From: a virus
Lineage: Duplodnaviria > Caudoviricetes
Length of the DNA stretch: 64,000 nucleotides
IMG/VR virus record: IMGVR_UViG_3300011008_002687
Span: 32,001-96,000 of that record
Strand: one strand, 5' to 3'
The notes beneath the pieces were generated by a model. That model was not told the origin of the DNA, made no database searches, and saw only the letters and a program-made list of their open reading frames with translations. Below, piece after piece: positions 1-10,070 of the stretch (position 1 is the stretch's first letter; each line of letters starts with the position of its first letter). Position numbers and translations under genes: made by a program.

Positions 1-2488
1 CCTGGAACATGGACGCAAACTCTTCCGCAGAAACTTCCGAATCGTTCATCGCTTGCGTCAGAGCCTCGTTTGAAAACCTCACCTTGTCAATATCCATTCC
101 GGTTGCCTGGAATACCTTTCGTGCCTTTTCTGCCTCTTCCTGCATTTTCTGCACATTTTCCTCGTACTCCTTCTTGACGCTGTTTCCCTTGATCCATCCG
201 GCTATACCTCCAACACCGGCACCAATTAAAGCACCGACTGCCGTACCAAGACCAGGAATAACACTACCAAGTGCGGCACCTGCCGCTGCTCCGGCTGCTA
301 CACCGCCAAATTTCCAAGCGGCTGATTCTCCGTATGCTGCAGATTCCTCTTTGCTGTCGGACTTGATCGCCTTGTAGGTATCAAGCGCACCGCTAATGAT
401 TGTTGCTCCTGCGGCAATAGCTCCACCGGCTGCACCCATACCAAGACCACTTAATGCCCCTGCACTGAGAGATGCACCGCCCGCAAGGTTTCCTGCCCCC
501 AGGTTGATTGCTAACATTGCCGAATTACCGAGAAGTCCGGTTCCTGCCGCCGCTGAACCCATTAGCGCACCCATTAAGGATGTGCCGGTTGCCGCATTGG
601 TTCCGAATAATGCCTTGCCCATGCCAAAAGCACCTTTGCCAAGACCGATAAACGGACTTGCAATCTTGCTGAGCAGGATAGCAGACATAATAGACGACAA
701 TCCTGCCGCCTGTCCTCCCGGAAGTAACTTTCCGGCATCTTTCAGCAGGTTTCCAAGCCCCTGCCATAGTTTTTCTGATACTACATCGAAGTCAAAACCC
801 TCTGAAAATCCTCTTGCAAAGGATGCTCCGATACTGGCTCCCTCGTCTACGGTTTCGCTGATGTCAATACCGAGTAAAGTCATGATCCCGACCTTTAAGC
901 CGGTACCGATTGCCTGGCCGATGTCCTCTGAGAAATGAGCAAACTTTGCTTTTCCTGTGGTCTGCCACCACTCCGAAAACGGCTCAACGATAAATTCATC
1001 CCAAAGGATATGAGCTTTTCCGAAGAAATCAGCATTTTGCCACTCGTCCGTATCGGTTATCTCGCTGAATTTCCTCTTCATGCGATCAACTTTTACATCA
1101 ACCCAGTCCATAAGTTCGTCAAGTCCCATCTCAACCGCCGGCATCTGATCCGTCAGCCAGTCAGCAAGGCTACGCACATACGGAGATAGTCTTTCGCCAA
1201 AGGAGATTTTCACTCCGTCAACCGCACTCTGTAACAAGGTAATCGAACCCTGCAGATTATCCATCATGGTATCCGCCATAGATGCGGCTGCTCCGTCAGC
1301 GTTCTCGATAGCATCCTGCAATTTCTTATAATCTGCCTCAGACGCATTTAAGACTGCAAGCAAGCCCTTCTGTGCCTGGGTGCCTGCTATCGTGTTAGCA
1401 AGACTGGATTTCTGCTCGTCGTTCATACCTGCCGTTGCTGTTCTCAATTCCTCGATTACATCCGACAGGTCTCTCGCTTTTCCTGCAGAATCAAAATACT
1501 CGATACCCAAATCAGATAACGCATCTCTCGCATTGCCTGTGTTCGTGGATAACCGAGTAAAAATCATATTCAAAGCGGTACCGGACATGGTTGCCTTGAT
1601 ACCGCTATTTGCCATAAGTCCGGTCATGAGGGCAACGTCCTCGATGGAATATCCGAGGGTGCCCGCCATGGCACCGGCATATTTGAAAGTCTCACCCATC
1701 ATTGAGACATTTGTATTCGCATTTGATGCTGCCGCCGCCATTACATCGGAGAAATGCCCTGCATCACTTGCCTGCATATTAAACGCTGTCAATGCGTCTG
1801 TCACAATGTCAGAAGTCGTCGCAAGGTCCGCTCCGGATGCGGCTGCAAGGCTCAGGATTCCTTCGATGCCGTTCAGCATATCGTCTGTTTTCCAACCGGC
1901 CATTGCCATGTAGTTAAACGCCTCTGCAGATTCCGTCGCCGTAAACTTCGTTGTTGAACCCATCTCTTTCGCCTTGGCTGTCAGCTTATCCAACTCACTT
2001 CCGGTTGCTCCGCTGATTGCCTGCACCTGTGACATAGCAGCCTCAAAGTTCTTGTACGTCTCTATCGTGTCCTTTAGACCGATACTCACTCCGAGGACTG
2101 CCCCTACTTGAAAGATAGGATTCTTCAACAGATTTATGATTCCCCGGACCGGGGAGGTTATGAGGTCAATAGCCCGCATTGTGACGCTCCAAGTCTTTCC
2201 GGCAAAACTCCGGAGGCCACCGCCTAAAGTCTGCAGGATAGGAGAAATCTTATCTTTGGCCTCAAGCATAATCTCATACTTCTCTTTGGCCCATTTTGAC
2301 AAGCTGCTCTCGGTTTTCTGTGCCTGCCTGTCAAACGCACTAACCGTCTGCCCCGCTTTCTTTGCGGAACTGTTCGCATTGTTCGCCGCTCTTTCCATGT
2401 TCTCGAATTTTCTCGTGACATTGGAAAGCTCCGGATCGGTGTTATCTATCGTCTCTATGGGTATCTCAATCCGAACTGTTTCAGCCAT
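1..2488 (-). CDS. Tail tape measure protein, phage A (3' end outside window)
   Basis: ATG at 2488 (MAETVRIEIPIETIDNTDPEL) behind an AAGGA RBS; TP901-type core motifs (FEAAMSQVQAISG, AFNYMAMAGW, MDNLQGSITLL); follows the tail chaperone. Confidence 0.9.
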   Translation of the reverse strand, partial: MAETVRIEIPIETIDNTDPELSNVTRKFENMERAANNANSSAKKAGQTVSAFDRQAQKTESSLSKWAKEKYEIMLEAKDKISPILQTLGGGLRSFAGKTWSVTMRAIDLITSPVRGIINLLKNPIFQVGAVLGVSIGLKDTIETYKNFEAAMSQVQAISGATGSELDKLTAKAKEMGSTTKFTATESAEAFNYMAMAGWKTDDMLNGIEGILSLAAASGADLATTSDIVTDALTAFNMQASDAGHFSDVMAAAASNANTNVSMMGETFKYAGAMAGTLGYSIEDVALMTGLMANSGIKATMSGTALNMIFTRLSTNTGNARDALSDLGIEYFDSAGKARDLSDVIEELRTATAGMNDEQKSSLANTIAGTQAQKGLLAVLNASEADYKKLQDAIENADGAAASMADTMMDNLQGSITLLQSAVDGVKISFGERLSPYVRSLADWLTDQMPAVEMGLDELMDWVDVKVDRMKRKFSEITDTDEWQNADFFGKAHILWDEFIVEPFSEWWQTTGKAKFAHFSEDIGQAIGTGLKVGIMTLLGIDISETVDEGASIGASFARGFSEGFDFDVVSEKLWQGLGNLLKDAGKLLPGGQAAGLSSIMSAILLSKIASPFIGLGKGAFGMGKALFGTNAATGTSLMGALMGSAAAGTGLLGNSAMLAINLGAGNLAGGASLSAGALSGLGMGAAGGAIAAGATIISGALDTYKAIKSDSKEESAAYGESAAWKFGGVAAGAAAGAALGSVIPGLGTAVGALIGAGVGGIAGWIKGNSVKKEYEENVQKMQEEAEKARKVFQATGMDIDKVRFSNEALTQAMNDSEVSAEEFASMFQ

Positions 2489-2644
2489 CTTCCTTTTCGC
2501 CTCCTTTCCTTGATTCCAGGGTTATGCGCATGGATGCAAGCATAAATGCCTGCACCCCGCGCGGTTTCATGTAAAATTCGTCCGGGGTAATTCCTGTTGT
2601 CTGAAAGATGTGGTGCAACAGGCAGAGCTTACCTCCGGCCTCGA

Positions 2645-3202
2645 TCAGTTTTTTGCTACTTCCTCGATGTTGGACTCATAGCCGCTGAGACGGTCAATCG
2701 CCTCAATGACCTTATCCTTCTCGCCTGCCTTTAACGCAAACTCGATTACATCCAGTCCGTTCATTACCTGGTATTCCTTGTTTCTGAGGGTTTCCCATAC
2801 CTTCTTGTTGTCCCACAGCTTTGCTCTATCCTCGTCGGTGGTTGCCGTATAGATGATTGCGGACTGATACTTCACACGATCCGTTTCATCCGGCATCTTC
2901 ATACCGAGCTGGCGGTTACGAACATACTTCGTATGCTTTTTACGGCACTTCTCGTATTCTTCAGCTCCAAGAGGACGGATATTGAAAGCAAAGAACAGCT
3001 TGCCTTCACGAACAATCTCAATCCTCTGCTTTTCGTCATTGGCAAACTCTACCGCATCGATTAAGCCCTGGATGAAATCCTCTTCATTCGTGCGGACCTG
3101 CTCCTTTGTTTCCTCTTCGGTAAAGTCCTTTTCCTCTACCTTTGCATCTTCCGTTACCTCAGCCTCACCAACTGCAACACCTTTTACAAAATCCTTAGAC
3201 AT
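2645..3202 (-). CDS. Tail assembly chaperone (XkdN-like); a -1 frameshift would extend it to 2481
   Basis: Lies between tube and TMP; ends GCA AAA AAC TGA; the -1 frame stays open (KLIEAGGKLCLLHHIFQ...EKEDG*) up to the TMP start. Confidence 0.85.
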   Translation of the reverse strand: MSKDFVKGVAVGEAEVTEDAKVEEKDFTEEETKEQVRTNEEDFIQGLIDAVEFANDEKQRIEIVREGKLFFAFNIRPLGAEEYEKCRKKHTKYVRNRQLGMKMPDETDRVKYQSAIIYTATTDEDRAKLWDNKKVWETLRNKEYQVMNGLDVIEFALKAGEKDKVIEAIDRLSGYESNIEEVAKN

Positions 3203-3235
3203 ATTGTTTTCCTCCTAAAATTTTTCTTGATAAAC

Positions 3236-3265
3236 TAAAAGAGGGAGACACGCTGCCTCCCTCTC
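3236..3265 (-). terminator. Rho-independent terminator-like hairpin after tail tube gene
   Basis: Minus strand GAGGGAGGCA-GCG-TGTCTCCCTC followed by TTTT. Confidence 0.65.
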
Positions 3266-3285
3266 AAACTCTGATGATCTGTCTC

Positions 3286-3747
3286 TTATGAATCAATGCC
3301 AAGCAAAGACTGCAGCTTAGGCGGTCTGTTGACAAAGAAGTTCCACTGGCGCTTAATAACATCACCGACAGCGATATTCTGAATGTCAACCTGGCCGGAA
3401 GGGATACAATCTCTGTAAACAACTCTTTCCTCGGAACCATTTCTGCCAAGCAAGGAACCCTGGAAATCCCATCTCGGCATTTCCTGTGTTTCCAAAGCAG
3501 TCATAAGCTCCTGGATAAAAGCGTCGTCCTCGACCACAATCTGCGACATCGTAAGGTTGACCGCAAAAGTGTTGGCCGTCTCATGCTCCTGTGCGTCGCC
3601 CAGTACGCTATACTTCGCATTGTTGTAATTCACATTGGACTGGAAAGACTCTACCGTTGCAAGCAGTACGCCGTCTGCATTGTAAAATGCTCCGTCTTTA
3701 CCGGTTCTTGCGTGTCGGGAGTCGCCCGCTGCTCTCACATTTCTCAT
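3286..3747 (-). CDS. Tail tube protein (XkdM-like)
   Basis: 153 aa directly after sheath gene; C-terminal pattern ERVVYRDCIPSGQVDI...IKRQWNF. Confidence 0.8.
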   Translation of the reverse strand: MRNVRAAGDSRHARTGKDGAFYNADGVLLATVESFQSNVNYNNAKYSVLGDAQEHETANTFAVNLTMSQIVVEDDAFIQELMTALETQEMPRWDFQGSLLGRNGSEERVVYRDCIPSGQVDIQNIAVGDVIKRQWNFFVNRPPKLQSLLGIDS

Positions 3748-3764
3748 TGCCTATTTCCTCCTTC

Positions 3765-5180
3765 TTACTCTTCGTTGGTGCTAAAACGGAACAGGAAGGT
3801 CAGATAGATATGCTCCATCGAATCCTTGTCGATCACGTCAATATCGAACCATGCGCTGTCTCCGTCTGCGGTATAAACGCTGCTCTCCGTTACGTTGCAG
3901 GCTACCAGTTTGCTCTCAGCGATCATTGCATCACCTACGCCCTGGATTTGGCTGATAACCGTCAAGCGTCCGTTCTTGTCGTTATCCACCTTGCCTACAA
4001 GGTTGTCGGTAGTGGTATTGACACGACGGATCAGCTCGAAACGAGTCTTTACCCTGCGGATTTTCTTCCATCCATCGTCCTGGTTGTCTGCCGGAGTAAT
4101 AAGCGTATTGATGGCATTGTCGATCCATACCTGCTTTTCCTTGTTGTAGGTCAGCACGATACAGCCCTTCTTCTCTGCATTGATTACCTCGGTGTTTGTC
4201 AACTTCTCCAAAATCTCGGTAAAGCCGTTTACTACCGTATGGGTAAGCGAAGATGCTGAGGAAACAGCACCGATCATACCGGCAATTCTCGCCGCAGTCT
4301 TATATCCGTCAATCGTGGTACCCTGCTCATTGATCTTTGCGTTCAGCACGTAATGCATCTTCTCGTCATTGAAAGCCGCAGCGTGTGCCATTCTCGTTTC
4401 AAGCTCCACAGTCTGCGCCTCTGCAACAACAGCCTGCGCAAGAGATGCTGCATCAAAAATACGGTTCACGAAGGACTGCAGGAGCAGATGAATCGTCGTA
4501 TCTTCCGTATCAACGCAGATCGTGTTGAACTCATAAGGCTCTACCTGTGCAAAAGCGTTGGAATAATCGCTGTTCGTTGCCGTCGGATTGGTTCCTGCGG
4601 TAAATGCACTCTGAGATACGATTGCCAGGGTTGCGTTCTCCTTTCCGGTTGCTACCTCTGCCGAGAACTTCTTGGAAGATGCCAGGGCATTTTTGAGGGC
4701 GGTTGCCTCTCCGGTACCTGCCGCAAACTCCACCTTCTCAAATTCAGTCGTTCCGGAATAGATGATGCACTCCTTCAAAGTAGCGTCTGAAAGTTTGGTG
4801 CGGATCGTCACCGTAAAGTTCTTTGCTCCCGGATACTTGCAGGTAATGGTTACTGCGGTTGCAGGAGTTTCCGCTGTGTCTTTCAGCGTTACATTTCCTG
4901 CGGTACCGCCACTTCCTACTCTGCAGGCGATGATCGTCTTTGCTCCACCCGCAAACGCCTCTTTCAGAGCGTCGGTTGTGAGAGCGTCACCAAAGGTTGA
5001 CTCATACCCGTCCTCTGCACTTAACTCCACTGCCTCATTCAGAGGACCGAAATCAGACTTGAAGATAACCGCCGTTACGCCATTCATAACGCTTGCGGCA
5101 GCATTTCCGCCCTTTTTCTGAATGTTGAAGTAGGAGCCAGGGCGCACCTTAGTTTCTCCTAAAATAAATGTTCCTGCCAT
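3765..5180 (-). CDS. Contractile tail sheath protein
   Basis: N-terminal KVRPGSYFN, DFGP, C-terminal KKIRRVKTR...GKVDND...DSMEHIY typical of sheaths. Confidence 0.92.
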   Translation of the reverse strand: MAGTFILGETKVRPGSYFNIQKKGGNAAASVMNGVTAVIFKSDFGPLNEAVELSAEDGYESTFGDALTTDALKEAFAGGAKTIIACRVGSGGTAGNVTLKDTAETPATAVTITCKYPGAKNFTVTIRTKLSDATLKECIIYSGTTEFEKVEFAAGTGEATALKNALASSKKFSAEVATGKENATLAIVSQSAFTAGTNPTATNSDYSNAFAQVEPYEFNTICVDTEDTTIHLLLQSFVNRIFDAASLAQAVVAEAQTVELETRMAHAAAFNDEKMHYVLNAKINEQGTTIDGYKTAARIAGMIGAVSSASSLTHTVVNGFTEILEKLTNTEVINAEKKGCIVLTYNKEKQVWIDNAINTLITPADNQDDGWKKIRRVKTRFELIRRVNTTTDNLVGKVDNDKNGRLTVISQIQGVGDAMIAESKLVACNVTESSVYTADGDSAWFDIDVIDKDSMEHIYLTFLFRFSTNEE

Positions 5181-5182
5181 TG

Positions 5183-5431
5183 TTACTTAACCTCCTTTTT
5201 CAAGAATTTATCCACAATCTCCTTGGCCTCGGAGAGTGTGCAGGTTTCCTTTTCAGCGGCTCTCAATGCTGCCACTACGCACTCAGGTCTCGTCTTAAAC
5301 AGCGTGCTTGCGTTCTGTGCGAACTCTGCGGCTGTGTACTCCGATTCCTGTTGTTCTGCCTTTACCACCGGCTTTACCTCCTGCTTAGTCGCAGTCTCGG
5401 CGGTATTGGTGTCTTTCTGCTCTTTCGCCAT
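5183..5431 (-). CDS. Small hypothetical protein upstream of sheath
   Basis: ORF with RBS; position conserved in Xkd-like tail operons. Confidence 0.6.
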   Translation of the reverse strand: MAKEQKDTNTAETATKQEVKPVVKAEQQESEYTAAEFAQNASTLFKTRPECVVAALRAAEKETCTLSEAKEIVDKFLKKEVK

Positions 5432-5444
5432 CTCTATGACCTCC

Positions 5445-6326
5445 TTATCCAAATTCCACATGAGCCTGCTGCATGGTGTGAGGCTTTGCCTTGTATCTCA
5501 GCAGTCCATAGTGACCTGTTACAAAAATCTGACCGCTTTTCAGATAGTCAGACTTGTAGTTTGCCTGCAGACGGCGTATGAACATCGGGGAATAGTCCAA
5601 CATGATGATCTCTCCATCGAGGGACATCTGATTTGCTATTGCTGCCGCAATCTTTACCCTCGTGGTCGAATCCGGACATAAAATATGGACGGCAATTCTG
5701 CCATCCATCCATGCCACATTATTCGTTTCCTCGGACTTCTCCACCGACAACAGCCTGCAGTACGCTACTGGCCTTTCGGCGCTTATTTCTGTGATTTCCT
5801 CCATCCTGTCATATCCCATAACCAGGCACTCCGGGAACAACTCCTTTATGTACCTGTTGGTAGCAACCACCGGGTCCGGATCAGTCGTTTCGAGCGACGG
5901 ATATTCCATGATGTCAAACCGGACTTCACACCCGATTGTCATGTACGGATTTTCCGTCTTGTCGTTTTCTGTAAAGCTGTCTGTCCTCGCCCATGCAAAA
6001 CAGTATGGTGTGCCGCCTTCCGGCAGCAAGATTACATCTCGCAGGCATTTTCTCACTTCCGGCTCAATAGCCTCCGGCATGATTTCCTCTGTATTCTGAC
6101 AAAGCAGAGACACAGACAGGGTGCCGACGCTGTTTCTCTCTTCATTCGCCTGCATATCGTAGTTATAAACTACTCGTGGGTAATGCGTATTGCCTCCCCA
6201 CTCTTCTTGATTATCCTCCGGCGGTTCCGGACTGAACACAGCGGGATTTCCGGCAAAGGTTGTCAGATGCTTAGTCAGCCCTTCCGATGCGGTAAACCGC
6301 TTATAGATCAGCTCGCTAAGGTTCAT
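5445..6326 (-). CDS. Probable tail terminator/neck protein
   Basis: Synteny between gp10-like and sheath genes; YPRVVY motif. Confidence 0.55.
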   Translation of the reverse strand: MNLSELIYKRFTASEGLTKHLTTFAGNPAVFSPEPPEDNQEEWGGNTHYPRVVYNYDMQANEERNSVGTLSVSLLCQNTEEIMPEAIEPEVRKCLRDVILLPEGGTPYCFAWARTDSFTENDKTENPYMTIGCEVRFDIMEYPSLETTDPDPVVATNRYIKELFPECLVMGYDRMEEITEISAERPVAYCRLLSVEKSEETNNVAWMDGRIAVHILCPDSTTRVKIAAAIANQMSLDGEIIMLDYSPMFIRRLQANYKSDYLKSGQIFVTGHYGLLRYKAKPHTMQQAHVEFG

Positions 6327-6621
6327 CGTTGCCCTCTCCTTCCGTCTCAATGTTGTATTCGTGGACCTCTGCCATATCTTCGGACCACCGGATTTCCCAC
6401 TCTTTGGCTACTGCCTCCGAGACAGGAATAATAAAATGATTCGTTACATTACCGATGCCGGGGTGGTACTGCGCTATGAGCTGATCGCTCTTTGCAGATG
6501 TCACGAACCCCGCTTTGCCTTCGTCCCAGGTCCTGTGCTTAGCCCATATCAAATCGCCTCGCTTGATCTGAGACAAATCGAAGGTAGCAACCGGCTCTGT
6601 GATTACCAATGCCATATCCAC
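6316..6621 (-). CDS. Hypothetical virion protein
   Basis: 101 aa ORF, coupled to its neighbours. Confidence 0.55.
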   Translation of the reverse strand: MDMALVITEPVATFDLSQIKRGDLIWAKHRTWDEGKAGFVTSAKSDQLIAQYHPGIGNVTNHFIIPVSEAVAKEWEIRWSEDMAEVHEYNIETEGEGNDEP

Positions 6622-6629
6622 TTACCTCC

Positions 6630-7085
6630 CTATGTGTATGGTTCCTTATAAATCTTCTCGATTTCCGGAGCAGCCTTTTCCTTGATCCTTTCCACAAAAG
6701 GTCTTGCCGCCATGTGTGAGGTTCCGTTTTCGAGATACCCGGCATATTGCTCCTGGCTTTCCAGTTCCGCAATTACTTGAACACCGTTTCCGGTGCCTCC
6801 TTCGGTTCTTACCTGTCCGTTCCAGTGCATACGGAGATTTCCTGTCCTTCGTGCCGGCGGTTCGCCCGGTGCTGATGCGGTATATGTCGCTTTGCTAAAC
6901 GGCTTTCTGTACTGTCTGCCGCTCCTTTGCCCTTTCAGCACTTCAAGCTCAGCGTTCCGGATAGCGTTGACCGCCCGAACACCTCTTGACAATACCTGTC
7001 TGTTGACATTCGCTACCTGGTCTTTCACTTTTGCCCGGATTGCTGCACCTGCGCTCCCCTGTTGGCCATCTACCCATAGTTTCAT
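6630..7085 (-). CDS. HK97 gp10-like tail completion protein
   Basis: SAPGEPPARRTGNLR and YAGYLENGTSHMAARPF motifs. Confidence 0.85.
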   Translation of the reverse strand: MKLWVDGQQGSAGAAIRAKVKDQVANVNRQVLSRGVRAVNAIRNAELEVLKGQRSGRQYRKPFSKATYTASAPGEPPARRTGNLRMHWNGQVRTEGGTGNGVQVIAELESQEQYAGYLENGTSHMAARPFVERIKEKAAPEIEKIYKEPYT

Positions 7086-7438
7086 TTGACATCCCTTCTT
7101 TCCTCTGCATAGTAAAGCGTCGAAACGCCAAGACTTCCGGTGTCGTCAATATCCACGATGTAGAAAACCCGATCTCCGAGTATCAATTTATCTGTCCTCT
7201 TCGCTTTCGGCGGTCCCTGTTGCACAATCGTATGAGTGACAGTATGCTCCTGCGTGCTGTGGCTCTTCTTTTCCTCGTCTGTGGAATCTGCAAGGCAGCC
7301 CCGCAATGTGACGGAGCCATCGCCCTTATGAGTAGTCGCCACTCTTCCTGTGCTTGTGACCTTCTGTGTGTTGCTCTCAACGATAAAGTCCTTGAAAAGA
7401 TTGCCCGGCCTAAGATACATGAATCTCGCATTTATCAT
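7082..7438 (-). CDS. Head closure/head-tail joining protein
   Basis: THTI...DKLILGDRVFYIVDIDD pattern; synteny. Confidence 0.65.
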   Translation of the reverse strand: MINARFMYLRPGNLFKDFIVESNTQKVTSTGRVATTHKGDGSVTLRGCLADSTDEEKKSHSTQEHTVTHTIVQQGPPKAKRTDKLILGDRVFYIVDIDDTGSLGVSTLYYAEERRDVK

Positions 7439-7439
7439 C

Positions 7440-7847
7440 CTATTTCGCCCTTTCGTTCTCCTGCATACCCGTATAGAAGTATGGAGGCTTAGGACCGCTT
7501 TCATCATCGAACAGGGGCGGTACAGAAACGGACTCGACAGCAACTTCTTTCTTCAAGTCGTCGTAGTCTTTCTTCCACTGCTTTGCCCTTTCCTGCAGTT
7601 CCAATGTCAGAGGACCGGTCTTTGTATCAACTTCATAAGCAAAACGGCGATACAGACTTTCCAGTAAAAAGAGCTTTGCCCTTTTCCACTTCGGATGTGT
7701 CGTAATCGCCGCCTCAATCTCTTCATCGGTCAATGCTGATGTATCAGCTCCGCCCTCTACCATCGTGTCGCCCAGTTCAAAGCGCATACGGTCTTTGCCA
7801 TTCTCAGGTATCTTGGCAGGATCATATGTGTATGCACCTTTCGCCAT
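7440..7847 (-). CDS. Head-tail adaptor protein
   Basis: YTYDP...DRMRFELGDT...LTDEEI motif; synteny. Confidence 0.65.
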   Translation of the reverse strand: MAKGAYTYDPAKIPENGKDRMRFELGDTMVEGGADTSALTDEEIEAAITTHPKWKRAKLFLLESLYRRFAYEVDTKTGPLTLELQERAKQWKKDYDDLKKEVAVESVSVPPLFDDESGPKPPYFYTGMQENERAK

Positions 7848-8428
7848 TAGGTTTCACCTTCCTTATTGCCTTCTGTGGTGTCGTTACCGTTGCCTGCAGC
7901 GTTGTTTTCGCCTTCGGTTAAGGATAAGTTGTCTAACCTGCTTTTAGCCGCCTTTTTGACCGTACTTCTACTGTCAACAAACAAAAGCATTGTCAAAACA
8001 TTCTCGTCCGTAACATCGGCAATCGCTCCGGATGCCTTGTCAGCGTTCAACTGCATAATCTCAAAAGTCTGCTGAATCTGTTCCGGTGTTGCGGGAATCG
8101 CCATAATCTGATCGTTGTTGCCATCGCTCCCTGTCTTAATTGCGATCTGTACCGTTCCCTCGTAGGTTCCCAGTTCAGTCTCTTCCAGTTTCGCAACAGT
8201 CTCTTCGAGTTTGGCTCTTACTTCTGCAACAGCCTCGTCAAACTGCTCCTGCGTGTAAAGAGTGCCGGACTGTTCGCCCGACACCCCTGCACCTTCATTG
8301 TTGGCAATGGCAATGACTCCTAATCTCTCCTGTGCCTTCGGTTCCGCTACCAATTCTGCCGGGATTTCATCACCGATGTAGAATCTCTGCCCGCCAAAGC
8401 TGCAAGGTTTCTTAGCAATCAATTTCAT
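7847..8428 (-). CDS. Hypothetical head-associated protein
   Basis: 193 aa ORF directly after major capsid gene. Confidence 0.55.
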   Translation of the reverse strand: MKLIAKKPCSFGGQRFYIGDEIPAELVAEPKAQERLGVIAIANNEGAGVSGEQSGTLYTQEQFDEAVAEVRAKLEETVAKLEETELGTYEGTVQIAIKTGSDGNNDQIMAIPATPEQIQQTFEIMQLNADKASGAIADVTDENVLTMLLFVDSRSTVKKAAKSRLDNLSLTEGENNAAGNGNDTTEGNKEGET

Positions 8429-8440
8429 ACCTGCCCCTCC

Positions 8441-9472
8441 TTATACTGCGTCGCCAAACCACATACCGAGATCGTCAGCGGTTTTCTTCATATCGCTTGC
8501 CATAAGGCCCTCGATATACTCCGAATGGGTACCGTTCTCGCCGTCGTAGTTGAGGATCGGCATAATGTTTCCGTCGCCAAGCATATCCCAGGTAAAGATG
8601 TAACCCGCAGAAGGCTCGTCGATGGAAGGATTGTCGGTTGCATACGCAAGCAGGAAACCGTTAGGATCACCGATGAACTGCATATTTGCAGTCTGCCCGA
8701 ACTCTGCCTTATTCATGATCGAACGCTGTACGGAAAGTCTCTCCATACCAAAGAGCTGAGCCAGTACATTCTCGGTAATCTGTGCAGGATTCAGAGTGGT
8801 ACCGCCGTACTTCACCCTCTCCAGGATGCCCTCGTGGTTCTGCAGAGCATTGAATACGTTCACGCCAAGCGCCAGTCTGTTAGGTCTGCGTCCTGTTTTC
8901 TGCTCCATCTCGGTAGCCTTCTCATTCATGAGTGCCACAGGATCGGAATTGCCGTTGCTGAACTTGATAAACTGGCCAGTCGTAGGAGTGGTCGTATCTA
9001 CGCCGGTAAAGGAATTGCTCCACACACCGCTCTTGAAAAAGTGGTCTGCGAAAATTCTGTCCTGGTGGATGTTTGCCTGCCCTGCCATAGTCCTGGTTCT
9101 CTGCGCACGAGGATCTCTCGCTGCAGTAGGTCCCTGTCTGCGGTTGAGGTCGGTCTGTCTGATGCGGTCAATACCCATAATCATCTGATCTACGGTACAA
9201 GCGTAGCTCTCAGTATGCTCGGAGATTACTGCAGGATCAACCTTGCCGTATGCAGGCTTTCTCTGCCAGTTGTCACGCAGTAAATCTTCCTTGTCAAAAA
9301 CATAATAATTGTCAGAGGACAGGGACACCGGACAAATCGGGAAAATCGTCTTTGCAAATGCCTTTGCGTCACTCTGATAATATGCAAGCGCCATATTGGA
9401 AAGCGCCGTATGAGGTCTGAAAGCACCCTTCGCAATATCTGCCTGGATGCTTGCTGCTGTTCTCTTTGCCAT
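8441..9472 (-). CDS. Major capsid protein, phage A
   Basis: 343 aa; TGRRPNRLALG, PSAGYIF motifs; follows decoration and scaffold genes. Confidence 0.85.
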   Translation of the reverse strand: MAKRTAASIQADIAKGAFRPHTALSNMALAYYQSDAKAFAKTIFPICPVSLSSDNYYVFDKEDLLRDNWQRKPAYGKVDPAVISEHTESYACTVDQMIMGIDRIRQTDLNRRQGPTAARDPRAQRTRTMAGQANIHQDRIFADHFFKSGVWSNSFTGVDTTTPTTGQFIKFSNGNSDPVALMNEKATEMEQKTGRRPNRLALGVNVFNALQNHEGILERVKYGGTTLNPAQITENVLAQLFGMERLSVQRSIMNKAEFGQTANMQFIGDPNGFLLAYATDNPSIDEPSAGYIFTWDMLGDGNIMPILNYDGENGTHSEYIEGLMASDMKKTADDLGMWFGDAV

Positions 9473-9493
9473 TTCTAATTATCCTCCTTATCT

Positions 9494-10051
9494 TTACTCG
9501 ATTGCGTCGTTGCCGGCTTTCCATTTGGTAGCCGTACCATCATACTTCAATACCTGGCCATCGGTTGCCGGGGTGCTGAGGTCAACATCCGCAAGGTCGC
9601 TGAGTTTCACTCCGGATGAGTCTCCATCTGCCTTCTGATACTTGCTGATCTGAACTCTCACATAGTCATTCGCTGCAGTTGCCGCACTGAGGGCTACACC
9701 TACAACATACTCGCCTGCGGTTGCGGTCTTTACAAGACCTCCGGTAGTAGCTGTTACCTCTGCGCCCTTTGCGATAGCTGCACTTGCGATAGCATATCCG
9801 ATGTCCTTGATCTGAATGTCCACATCATCGCCTACAGCAACCTTTCCGGATTCTGCGCCGGAGATGTCGTTGATACCTGCCTCGATGATTGCAATACCTA
9901 CGATGGGCTTTGTTCCATCTGTCGCAAGTACCACATTGCCGTCACTGTCATAAGCTAAGAGCTTGTTTCTGCAATCTGTGATTGCCGCACCTGCCTTCTC
10001 TGCGATAGTGACGCTCTGATTGATCTGTACGCCGTTATAATTCTTTGCCAT
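9494..10051 (-). CDS. Capsid decoration/cement protein (DUF2190-like) with C-terminal fibre-like motif
   Basis: AIAKGAEVTA...VGVALSAATAAND; tail LSDLADVD...GQVLKYDG..KW. Confidence 0.7.
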   Translation of the reverse strand: MAKNYNGVQINQSVTIAEKAGAAITDCRNKLLAYDSDGNVVLATDGTKPIVGIAIIEAGINDISGAESGKVAVGDDVDIQIKDIGYAIASAAIAKGAEVTATTGGLVKTATAGEYVVGVALSAATAANDYVRVQISKYQKADGDSSGVKLSDLADVDLSTPATDGQVLKYDGTATKWKAGNDAIE

Positions 10052-10070
10052 GATTCGTTATCCTCCTTCC

